A stretch of 32,000 nucleotides of DNA from Okeania sp. (GTDB lineage: Bacteria > Cyanobacteriota > Cyanobacteriia > Cyanobacteriales > Microcoleaceae). Made by a program: the position numbers and the translations under genes. Below, in pieces: positions 24,227-32,000 of the stretch. The notes beneath the pieces are model-generated. The model saw only the letters and a program-made list of their open reading frames with translations. It did not search any database and was not told where the DNA came from. Location: contig NZ_JAYKGW010000059.1 of the NCBI RefSeq assembly GCF_035285525.1, forward strand, positions 3,233 through 35,232. The letters run 5' to 3'. Every line of letters begins with the position of its first letter. Position 1 is the stretch's first letter.

Positions 24227-24566
24227 TTATGCCATTTGGGTGGGGAAGTGTGGAAGGTGTGGGAAGTACAGGACTGAAAAAATATAGAGTTGTAAATATT
24301 CTCTGATGATAAAGAATTAGCCCTGCTTTTGAAAGTTGGGGGCAGAAAGTTTAGAAGGATTTAGACAAACTAGCTTTTGATAACTGGATGTGGTATAATT
24401 TATAATTTGCCTGTAGCGCTATATCATGTAAGTTGCTAATCCAACAGCTTCTCTGCCTGACTTCTGACTTCTAGCTCCTGACTTTTGACTATTACTAAAA
24501 TAGTTAATCTAGTCAAACCAATAAGAGATAATTTGTTAATTGGAAATTGAAGGAAAATTTGACAAC

Positions 24567-25709
24567 ATGAAGCGCTCTCTATTTTTATTAATAAGTCTAA
24601 TTGTTTTAGGTACAACATCCTGTAATGCGGTTAAAGAAATTGAAGAATACATTAAACCACTTCAGGAATTTATCAAACCACTCCAGGAGTTTATTAAACC
24701 ACTTCAGGAATTTATCAAACCACTTCAGGAATTAATTGAAGCATCCCCATCACCAACACCTACTGTATCTCCCGTCGCAGAAAAAGAACAAAGAAGATTA
24801 TTTGTGATTGAGCAAGATGAAAAATATGGGTATATCAATAATATGGGGGAAATATTAATTCCACCAAGATTTGATCGGGTAAAAGATTTTTTTGAAGGGT
24901 TAGCAGCGGTAAAAATTGAAGAAAAGTGGGGTTATATTAATGAAAGAGGACAAATAGTTATTAAACCAGAATATGAATCTGTCTTACGTTTTTCTGAAGG
25001 ATTAGCACCAGTCAAAAAAATTGGTCAAAGATGGAGTTATATTAATAGAAATGGAGGGGTAGTAATTGAACCGCAGTTTGAAGATGCGGTCTATTTTTCT
25101 GAAGGGTTGGCAAGAGTAACAATTGATGGTAAATGGGGTTATATAGATCAAACTGGAAAAATAGTAATTAAGCCAGAATATAATGGTCAAACTGGACGGG
25201 GTTTTTTTATTGATGGATTAGCTGCTGTCAGAATTGGTACTGGTTATGAATATGGATATATAGATCAAACTGGAGAAGTAATAATAGAGGCAAAATATGA
25301 TTTTGCTGGAGATTTTATTGATGGTTTAGCCAGGGTGCAAATTGGCGATCGCTGGGGATATATTGATAAAAATGGTAAGGAAGTTATTACACCAAAGTTT
25401 GAATTTAGTCAAGATTTTTCTGATGGTTTAGCACCAGTGAAAATTAATGATAAATATGGTTATATAGATACTTCTGGCAAAAGAGTTATTCAACCCCAAT
25501 ATGATTTTGCTGGCAATTTTTCGGAAGGTTTAGCAGAAGTTAGAATAGATGATAAGTATGGTTATATTAATGCTGTTAATGAGATGATTATTGATCCTGA
25601 GTTTGATAATGCTTTTGCCTTTTCTAATGGTATTGCAGAAGCATGGGTAGAGGAGAAAAAAGGTTACATAGATAATATTGGTAGGTTTATTTGGAGTTCA
25701 AGTAATTAG
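24567..25709 (+). CDS. WG-repeat (KWG) containing lipoprotein (380 aa from MKRSLF)
   Basis: Signal/lipobox-like MKRSLFLLISLIVLGTTSC, then at least 9 repeats of the form F.EGLA.V...KWGYI...G..VI.P. Confidence 0.9.
   Translation: MKRSLFLLISLIVLGTTSCNAVKEIEEYIKPLQEFIKPLQEFIKPLQEFIKPLQELIEASPSPTPTVSPVAEKEQRRLFVIEQDEKYGYINNMGEILIPPRFDRVKDFFEGLAAVKIEEKWGYINERGQIVIKPEYESVLRFSEGLAPVKKIGQRWSYINRNGGVVIEPQFEDAVYFSEGLARVTIDGKWGYIDQTGKIVIKPEYNGQTGRGFFIDGLAAVRIGTGYEYGYIDQTGEVIIEAKYDFAGDFIDGLARVQIGDRWGYIDKNGKEVITPKFEFSQDFSDGLAPVKINDKYGYIDTSGKRVIQPQYDFAGNFSEGLAEVRIDDKYGYINAVNEMIIDPEFDNAFAFSNGIAEAWVEEKKGYIDNIGRFIWSSSN
24645..24728 (+). repeat. In-frame 21-bp tandem repeat x4 (E[YF]IKPLQ)
   Basis: gaatacattaaaccacttcag gaatttatcaaaccactccag gagtttattaaaccacttcag gaatttatcaaaccacttcag. 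It forms the linker between the lipobox and the WG repeats. Confidence 0.9.
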
Positions 25710-26391
25710 GGTTTGCGCTTCTTCAATCTTTTTTCAGGGTAGGGAGGTTCCATACAACTTCCCTACGGAAGCAAGAGAGTAGGGGAGTAGAGGAGCAGGA
25801 AAGTAATTTTTTTGCCCAACTTTTCCCGAAAATGGTCATTTCAGTTATCAGTAGAGAGTGAACCTCCAACTTTAGTTGGAGGCTTGAAATACTGAGTTAA
25901 AATTTTTTCATCTCCTTAAAAGGGGAGGCTTTATACCTCTTTTTTTTGGTAAATTTTTGATTTTTCGGGAACCGTGCATTCAGCAGCTCAAAACCAGGTA
26001 CTTTTTTCCTACCTAGAAAAGGCTAAAACCTTTATATGTTAATGCTTTTATATTAACATGACTTACGAAAACAACGGGCTTCTGTCATGGCGCGACTCGC
26101 AGCTTGGCGATAGCGTTTGCTATCGCTCGCAATGACAATAGTGCTTAAAACCCCATACGCAATAGTTTTTTAACTCCATATATATAGCGCTGCTTTTAGG
26201 AAACAGGCAACAGGGAACAGGTATGGAGGAAGAATGAATATCTTATAATATAAGGCTTTTAGCTATTATACACCTTCTGCAATTTGTAAATATTAAGTGC
26301 GCACATTGCTATATTACCTATGCGTAAGTCCTGTTGATAAATAAAAGGTAGAAAAATAGTTCCATCTCCCCATTTCCCCATCCCCCCATCT

Positions 26392-26424
26392 CCCTACCTA
26401 ATTTTATAGATCTGGTTCGGGGTT
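26392..26424. repeat. 33-bp direct repeat (copy 1), continues into a palindrome
   Basis: ccctacctaattttatagatctggttcggggtt is repeated at 26651-26683. Here it is completed as the palindrome ggttcggggttctatagaacccgaacc. Confidence 0.6.
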
Positions 26425-26454
26425 CTATAGAACCCGAACCGTATCTTTACAAAA

Positions 26455-26544
26455 CAGGACTGACGCATGAACGCTATTAGTAGGGTGCATTACACTGACG
26501 TTAACGCACCGATACTCCATATATAGTCCCTTTGCGTAAGTCCT
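26455..26544. mobile_element. MITE family A, compact copy (90 bp)
   Basis: caggactgacgcatgaacgctattagtagggtgc...ccatatatagtccctttgcgtaagtcct. Solo ends of the same family occur at 2286, 20267, 22408, ~26333 and ~26716. Confidence 0.6.
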
Positions 26545-26650
26545 AAAAAGTGTGTTTTTTTTTGCGAAAGAAGTCAGGAGTGAGAGAAATAGAATACGGA
26601 AAAAGCTAGAATTAGAGCCTGATCTTCACCATATCCCCATCTCCCCATCC

Positions 26651-26683
26651 CCCTACCTAATTTTATAGATTTGGTTCGGGGTT
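26651..26683. repeat. 33-bp direct repeat (copy 2)
   Basis: ccctacctaattttatagatttggttcggggtt. Here the palindrome is cut short and followed by a solo family A end (tatatagcgcctttgcgtaagtcctg). Confidence 0.6.
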
Positions 26684-26768
26684 TTATTTCTATATAGCGC
26701 CTTTGCGTAAGTCCTGAATTATTAATTATTAATTATCCTAAGCTGAAAAATGTAGTAGGTTAGGTAAA

Positions 26769-29756
26769 ATGAAGCAAAACCAAACACCCCCTTTATCTCA
26801 ACGAATGAACATCATCTTATGCCATAAAACCGCAGACTTCGACGCCCTGGGTGCCGCCGTCGGCCTAACTCACCTCCACCCAGGTAGTCGCCTCGTACTC
26901 GCAGGTGGTTGTCATCCCACTGTCAAACAATTTCTTGCCCTCCATCGAGACGAGTTTGCTATCATTGAACGTCGCTCGGTCAACCCAGAACAAATTCACT
27001 CCATATATATAGTAGATGTGCAAACCCGCTCCCGACTGGGAAAAACTGCCCAATGGTTAGACTTACCCCACCTCTCAGAAATTATCATCTACGACCACCA
27101 CTGTGACATTCAAACCGATATTCCAGCGACCGAAACTCACATAGAAGCAGTGGGAGCTACCACAACCCTAATTACAGAAAAACTCCAGACTCTCAAAAAA
27201 AACACCCCCATTTTAACTCCAGCAGCAGCAACAATAATGGCACTTGGCATCCACGCTGATACTGGTTCCTTAACTTTTGACCACACAACCCCGCGAGACG
27301 CCAAAGCTTTAGCATGGTTAATGCAGCAAGGCGCAAGTTTACCAGTCATAGGCGAATACATCGAACCCGCTTTGTCACCCCAACTGCAAGAATTATTAAA
27401 AACAGCTCTGGAAAATTTACAACGCTCCACCGTGCGAAACTATCAAATAGGTTCCATACTCTTAAAAACAGATGAATACGTTCCCGGTTTATCCAGTTTA
27501 GCTTCCAGTTTGATCGACCTCACAGAAATAGATGCTCTCCTCCTCGCCCACACCCACTCCCTCAAAAATACAACGGAAAAAAGCTTAAATATTATCGGGC
27601 GATCCCGTATTCCAGAAACTAACCTCAACCAATTATTTCAACCTTTAGGAGGTGGGGGTCATTACCGAGCAGCAGCAGTTAGTTGCCGAGACTCCAACCC
27701 CGAAGCAACATTAGCAAAACTCCTAGAGCAACTAAAAAATCAAATTCCGCAGCCAACCACTGCCAGAAATTTGATGTCATCTCCCGTTCGTACTATTCCT
27801 CCCGAAACATCTATAGCAGAAGCTCACCGAATATTACTACGTTACGGTCATTCTGGTTTATGTACGGTAGACTCATCTGGAAAATTAGTGGGAATTATTT
27901 CTCGGCGAGATATTGACATCGCTCTCCATCATGGTTTTAGTCATGCTCCAGTCAAAGGTTACATGACACCCCAACTCAAAACTATTTCCCCAGAAACCAC
28001 TCTCTCAAAAATTGAAGAATTAATGATAGCTTATGATATTGGGCGGTTGCCTGTATTGGAAAATAATTTTTTAGTGGGAATAGTCACCCGCACCGACGTT
28101 TTACGAGAACTGCATCAACAACAACGTCCCCAAAGTCAACAACTAGGGTGCATTCCCGGTGAAACTTGTAAATCTATTGCTGAACTTTTACAACAGCGTC
28201 TCGCTCCCCAACTCTGGCAACTACTCACCTGTGTAACTGAGGAAGCAGAAAAACGAGGTTGGGAACTATATTTAATTGGAGGAGGAGTTAGAGATTTATT
28301 GTTATCAAAATCTGATGAGACTTTATTATTAACAGATATAGATTTGGTTGTGGATGGTTGTCACTCTGACCAAAGAAAGGCAGAAGGTAGAGGGCAGAAA
28401 GCAGAAGGAAATAATAAGGCAGAAGGTAGAGAGCAGAAGGCAGAAGGGAAGGAGTTCGATGCTGAAGCCATAAGCAAAAGAAAGGCAAAAGGCACAGAGC
28501 AAAAATTTCCTGAAGAAAACCTTCCTCCTTCTGCTTCCTACCTCCTACCTTCTCACTCAGAATCTCCTTCTGAAGAAAACCTTCTGCCTTCTGAAAAAGC
28601 ACCAGCGGTAGAGTTGGCAAAAGCATTGCAAAAAATCTACCCCACAGCACGTTTGGAAGTTCACGGACAATTTCAAACTGCTGCTCTCCTCTGGCACAAC
28701 GATTTAGTATTAGACTCCCTGTGGATAGATATTGCCACTGCTCGCACAGAATTTTATCCCTATCCAGCAGCTAACCCAGAGGTGGAAGCAAGTTCCATTC
28801 GTCAAGATTTGTATCGGCGAGATTTTACTATTAATGCTTTGGCAGTACGACTGACGAAACCTGGTGTGGGAGAATTACTGGATTATTTTGGTGGGTTGTC
28901 AGATTTGCGAAGCCAACAAATTCGGGTGTTACACGCTAACAGTTTTATTGAAGACCCAACTCGCATTTATCGCGGAGTGCGGTTTGCTGTGAGATTGGGG
29001 TTTGAAATTGAATCGAAAACGGAGGAATATATTCGTTATGCGATTAATAGTGGAGTTTATGAGCGGGAAGTTGTGGGGAAGGGAGGAAAAAATAGAAGAG
29101 CGCCTGCTTTAGAAACTCGGCTGAAAAGTGAGTTAAAATATATTTTGCAAGCTCACTACTGGAAACCTGCGTTAAAATTACTGGGAAGTCTGGGGGCGTT
29201 GCGTTGTATTCATCATACTTTGGAGTTAGACCGCAAGTTGTGGCAGCAGGTGTGTTTGTTGGATAGGTGTTTACAACGTTTAGACTCTGAGAAAAATTTA
29301 TCTCATTGGCAAATGCGGTTAGAGGTTTTGATTATTAGTTTGGAGTCGGAATATCGGGGTTTAGTGGGAAATAATTTACAGTTGCCTCTGGATAGTATTA
29401 AAAGGTTGGAAGAGTTGGAGTCAGCAAAGGTTAAGGTCATGAAGAATTTGCCAAAATGTCAAACTTCGAGTCAGGTGGTGTGGTTGTTGCGAGAATACGA
29501 TTTACCAATGTTGATGTTGATTATTGTGCAATGTGACCGTTGGATGCGACATCGGGTTTGGCAATATTTGACTCAGTGGATGAATGTTAAACCTATTTTG
29601 AATGGAAATGATTTGAAAATCATGGGTTATCAACCAGGGCGACAGTTTAAGTTGATATTGGATGATATTTTAGCTGCCACTTTGGATGGGAAAATAAGCG
29701 ATCGCTCTGAGGCAGAGGAGTTTTTGGCTAAATATTATCCTAGAGGAAGGGAGTAG
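26769..29756 (+). CDS. DHH/DHHA1 - tandem CBS - class II nucleotidyltransferase (CCA-adding enzyme / poly(A) polymerase family) fusion protein (995 aa)
   Basis: DHH: HKTADFDALGAAVGL, YDHH. DHHA1: GGGGHYRAAA. Two CBS modules follow (MSSPVRTI...ISRRDI and YMTPQLKTI...VTRTDV). Head domain: LIGGGVRDLLL...DIDLVV, RRDFTINAL, EDPTRIYRGVRFA. This region looks more GC-rich than the rest of the window. Confidence 0.9.
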   Translation: MKQNQTPPLSQRMNIILCHKTADFDALGAAVGLTHLHPGSRLVLAGGCHPTVKQFLALHRDEFAIIERRSVNPEQIHSIYIVDVQTRSRLGKTAQWLDLPHLSEIIIYDHHCDIQTDIPATETHIEAVGATTTLITEKLQTLKKNTPILTPAAATIMALGIHADTGSLTFDHTTPRDAKALAWLMQQGASLPVIGEYIEPALSPQLQELLKTALENLQRSTVRNYQIGSILLKTDEYVPGLSSLASSLIDLTEIDALLLAHTHSLKNTTEKSLNIIGRSRIPETNLNQLFQPLGGGGHYRAAAVSCRDSNPEATLAKLLEQLKNQIPQPTTARNLMSSPVRTIPPETSIAEAHRILLRYGHSGLCTVDSSGKLVGIISRRDIDIALHHGFSHAPVKGYMTPQLKTISPETTLSKIEELMIAYDIGRLPVLENNFLVGIVTRTDVLRELHQQQRPQSQQLGCIPGETCKSIAELLQQRLAPQLWQLLTCVTEEAEKRGWELYLIGGGVRDLLLSKSDETLLLTDIDLVVDGCHSDQRKAEGRGQKAEGNNKAEGREQKAEGKEFDAEAISKRKAKGTEQKFPEENLPPSASYLLPSHSESPSEENLLPSEKAPAVELAKALQKIYPTARLEVHGQFQTAALLWHNDLVLDSLWIDIATARTEFYPYPAANPEVEASSIRQDLYRRDFTINALAVRLTKPGVGELLDYFGGLSDLRSQQIRVLHANSFIEDPTRIYRGVRFAVRLGFEIESKTEEYIRYAINSGVYEREVVGKGGKNRRAPALETRLKSELKYILQAHYWKPALKLLGSLGALRCIHHTLELDRKLWQQVCLLDRCLQRLDSEKNLSHWQMRLEVLIISLESEYRGLVGNNLQLPLDSIKRLEELESAKVKVMKNLPKCQTSSQVVWLLREYDLPMLMLIIVQCDRWMRHRVWQYLTQWMNVKPILNGNDLKIMGYQPGRQFKLILDDILAATLDGKISDRSEAEEFLAKYYPRGRE
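28359..28605. repeat. In-frame palindromic purine/pyrimidine repeat insertion inside the nucleotidyltransferase gene
   Basis: The left arm is purine-rich (KAEG x4) and the right arm pyrimidine-rich (LPPSASYLLPS...LLPSEK). Perfect 14-bp inverted repeat cagaaggcagaagg (28434-28447) / ccttctgccttctg (28580-28593). Both strands are open (antisense ORF 28288..28650). Confidence 0.65.
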
Positions 29757-29946
29757 GGAGTGTGGGAGGTGTGGGGAGTGTGGGCAGGGTGGACAGTATG
29801 GGGAGTATCACTTCTGAGTTCTGACTTCCAAAGGGAGATGTAGGAAGTTTGGGAGTGGGAGCATCTTGCTCCCCTACTCCTAAGCAAGGTACTCGCAATC
29901 TCAAAAGTCAAAATTTAGCGATCGCTTTCCTCCTAAAAATGAAAAA

Positions 29947-30429
29947 TTATTCTCCTGCTAAATCTAAAACTCGTTGGCGTACATCTTGGGAAATCCACAT
30001 ACCAGAATTTTGTAAGCGTTCTACTGCAGGAGCTATTCGATCGAGCAATCCTTGAGATTTAGCTTCTAACAAAATTTTGAGAGTTCCCCAAACTGTAAAA
30101 CCTAGATTTTGAGCTGCCCGTCTGGCTAATCCATCATCCAGTAATAGCAAATGTTGAGGATGAGAAATGGCTAAAGCTAAAACTGCTGATTCCCCTTTAC
30201 CTAAGTCAAGATTGGCTATTTCAGGTGGGATAGTAACTGGTTCTATTATTTGCAGCCAAGGATAGATTACTAGATCGGGAACGTCAAAACCGAGGCGTTG
30301 ACCTTCTGCTAGTTCTATAACTACTGCTTGGGGGATCCAAATACTATCGAATAAAATTTTTAACCAGTCTACAGAGTCTATTCTGTGCAAATATAGTAGG
30401 GGTGATGTATTACTGATGACTGCTGACAT
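29947..30429 (-). CDS. DUF3368-family PIN-like protein (putative toxin, 160 aa)
   Basis: VISNTSPLLYLHRIDSVDWLKILFDSIWIPQAVVIEL is the characteristic N-terminus of the family. It overlaps the upstream UPF0175 gene by 20 nt. Confidence 0.85.
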   Translation of the reverse strand: MSAVISNTSPLLYLHRIDSVDWLKILFDSIWIPQAVVIELAEGQRLGFDVPDLVIYPWLQIIEPVTIPPEIANLDLGKGESAVLALAISHPQHLLLLDDGLARRAAQNLGFTVWGTLKILLEAKSQGLLDRIAPAVERLQNSGMWISQDVRQRVLDLAGE

Positions 30430-30664
30430 TTTCTGCCTCCAATTCTTGCAATTCTTGAGTTAAGGGAAAAACTTGATATTTCTCTAAGTTTATTAGGAAC
30501 TCTACTCGTGACATTCCTGCTAGCTCGGCTGCTTTACCAGAGGATAAACGTGCCATTTCATAAAGTTTTACTGCTGCTAATGTCCGTAACTCTCCAGCAA
30601 ATGTTGTTGCATCTGCGTTGGTTGCTACCAAAACTGATTCGGGGATTTCAATGGATATTTGCAT
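30410..30664 (-). CDS. UPF0175-family protein (putative antitoxin, 84 aa from MQISIEIPE)
   Basis: AAVKLYEMARLSSGKAAELAGMSRVEFLINLEKYQV is the family hallmark. Operonic with the DUF3368 gene. Confidence 0.85.
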   Translation of the reverse strand: MQISIEIPESVLVATNADATTFAGELRTLAAVKLYEMARLSSGKAAELAGMSRVEFLINLEKYQVFPLTQELQELEAENVSSHQ

Positions 30665-30743
30665 AATGTATAAACGAAAACTACTATAATTATATAACAA
30701 TAGGTATATTGCCTGTTCTTATTTTTTGCTTTTGCTGAAAAGT

Positions 30744-31373
30744 ATGATTCTCTTAAATGACTTATCCGAAAATCTCCAGATTAATGATCCGGAAGAATGT
30801 CATACCATTAGTCCGGTGAGTTGGTCACAATACGAAATATTATTGTCAAAACTGGGAGAACAATCCTCCTACCGTATCAGTTATTTAGATGGAGTGCTAG
30901 AAATTATGGCTCCTAGTCGTCACCATGAAAGTAGAAAAACCCGTATTGGAACTTTGTTAGAGATTTACTTTATGGAAACCAATACAGAATACTTTCCCAC
31001 AGGTTCCACAACTTTTCGTAAATCTGAACGAGAAGTTGGAGGGGAACCAGATGAGAGTTATTGTATTGGTACAGATAAAGAATTTCCTGACTTGGTAATT
31101 GAAGTAGTTGTCACTTCTGGTGGAATTAATAGGTTAGCTCTTTACCAAAAACTAGGGATACAAGAAGTCTGGTTTTGGTTTGAAGATCGCCTTGCTATTT
31201 ACCATTTACGACAAGATGCGGAGCAGTTCGCTGCAACTTTTGGTTATGAAGCAATTAATCGAAGTGAAGTTTTACCTGAATTAAATATCGAGTTATTAAC
31301 CGAATCTATTCAAAATCCAAGTCCTCTTGCTGCGGCAAAAGCATTTCGAGAAGGAATCAAAAATAATGGATAA
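30744..31373 (+). CDS. Uma2-family (DUF820) putative endonuclease (209 aa from MILLND)
   Basis: Family blocks: SWSQYEILL, YLDGVLEIMAPS, GGEPDESYCIG, PDLVIEVVVTSG and LYQKLGIQEVWFW. Second Uma2 gene in the window. Confidence 0.85.
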   Translation: MILLNDLSENLQINDPEECHTISPVSWSQYEILLSKLGEQSSYRISYLDGVLEIMAPSRHHESRKTRIGTLLEIYFMETNTEYFPTGSTTFRKSEREVGGEPDESYCIGTDKEFPDLVIEVVVTSGGINRLALYQKLGIQEVWFWFEDRLAIYHLRQDAEQFAATFGYEAINRSEVLPELNIELLTESIQNPSPLAAAKAFREGIKNNG

Positions 31374-31712
31374 TTGATAATTGATAGGGTGAAAAACTAT
31401 TTTTGATGTTTTTGATTAGGTTAAGACTTATATCATGTTCGGTTAAATAGTTATGATTAGGATATAGATCGAAGAGATATCTAAAACCCCTGAGATTGCT
31501 TCCTTCCACCAGTGTAAGTCGCAATGACTTTATTATAAGTAATCATCCGAACATGATATTACGCACCAAGCGCCATATTATAGTAGGGGCGAATGGTATT
31601 CGCCCTCTATAGATAGCGTTTTATCTCAGAATTTGCCTAAGTCTTGTAGGTGTAGCACAGACATCCTGCCTGTTTTTTATACCACAAGACAAAAGTAAGC
31701 GATCACCACTTT

Positions 31713-31743
31713 CAGTTATCAGTTATCAGTTATCAGTTATCAG
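31713..31743. repeat. STRR-like heptamer tandem repeat (CAGTTAT x4.4)
   Basis: cagttat cagttat cagttat cagttat cag. Shorter versions occur at 16381, 17561 and 25841. Confidence 0.85.
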
Positions 31744-32000
31744 CAAAGGCGTTGGCGGAGCAAGTGTGGCAGATATATCACTACTAAAACTACCCGTGCA
31801 ATAGTTAATCCTCCTATGTATACTATTGGACAATAGTTGATTTTATTATCAAGAAAATTGAATTATATGCTACCCTAACCATTTTATCTAAAACAGAGTT
31901 GACACAAAACTACTATATTTAGTGAATCGCCGTTAACCCCTAAAAATAACCATATTTTTCATATTCTGCGTCAGTCTCGATTCTCAAAATAAACTATTGT

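Noticed and set aside
24087-24287. 66-aa ORF (MKLEVRRKKEEGKRKKEEGKRKKEE...)
   Set aside because: It is simply the translation of the polypurine GGAAGAA microsatellite. The composition is low-complexity K/E/G, and there is no SD or independent support.
28288-28650. 120-aa antisense ORF inside the nucleotidyltransferase gene
   Set aside because: It is open only because the palindromic purine/pyrimidine insert lacks stops on both strands. It is embedded in a well-supported 995-aa gene.
26769-29756. DHH-CBS-nucleotidyltransferase fusion as a novel architecture
   Set aside because: To my knowledge this multi-domain CCA-adding/poly(A) polymerase-family enzyme is the standard conserved form in cyanobacteria. 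Only the in-frame repeat insert is unusual.
1-32000. CRISPR array, tRNA, rRNA, tmRNA or RNase P genes
   Set aside because: The many hairpin repeats are heterogeneous, irregularly spaced, belong to several families and carry no unique spacers of constant length. There are no cas genes. I found no cloverleaf-compatible tRNA arms or rRNA-like conserved blocks by eye. A tRNAscan/Infernal run would be needed to exclude small ncRNAs formally.

Overview
This is an AT-rich, repeat-saturated, accessory-type chromosomal region, most likely from a filamentous (Nostocales-like) cyanobacterium. That origin is an inference from 12 exact HIP1 octamers (GCGATCGC), STRR-like heptamer arrays, several interleaved MITE/hairpin repeat families, and typical cyanobacterial gene families (Uma2 nucleases, UPF0175/DUF3368 pair, WG-repeat lipoprotein, DHH-CBS-CCA fusion enzyme). 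I support about 24 protein-coding genes, one histidine-kinase gene relic, and no rRNA, tRNA or CRISPR array. Nearly every intergenic region is built from dispersed repeats, so most short ORFs in the track there are artefacts.

Four loci deserve follow-up:
1. 6.7-14 kb: an XRE/ImmA module with a phage-like bidirectional switch (four TTGA-N8-TCAA palindromes overlapping two back-to-back predicted promoters). It faces three orphan genes and sits next to a divergent single-HKD nuclease plus an HTH-NACHT STAND NTPase. This is a candidate regulated defence or cryptic-element island with a non-canonical NLR architecture.
2. 15.5-17.66 kb: a 2.16 kb very AT-rich segment bounded by a perfect 20-bp inverted repeat. 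Its only sizeable gene is a novel N-terminal domain fused to a DUF3768-like domain.
3. 28.36-28.6 kb: an in-frame ~245-bp palindromic purine/pyrimidine repeat inserted a few codons after the catalytic DxD of the nucleotidyltransferase.
4. 3.2-6.1 kb: a pair of paralogous coiled-coil genes whose upstream regions contain ends of the same repeat element.

All functional calls rest on motifs read by eye; no database search was possible.
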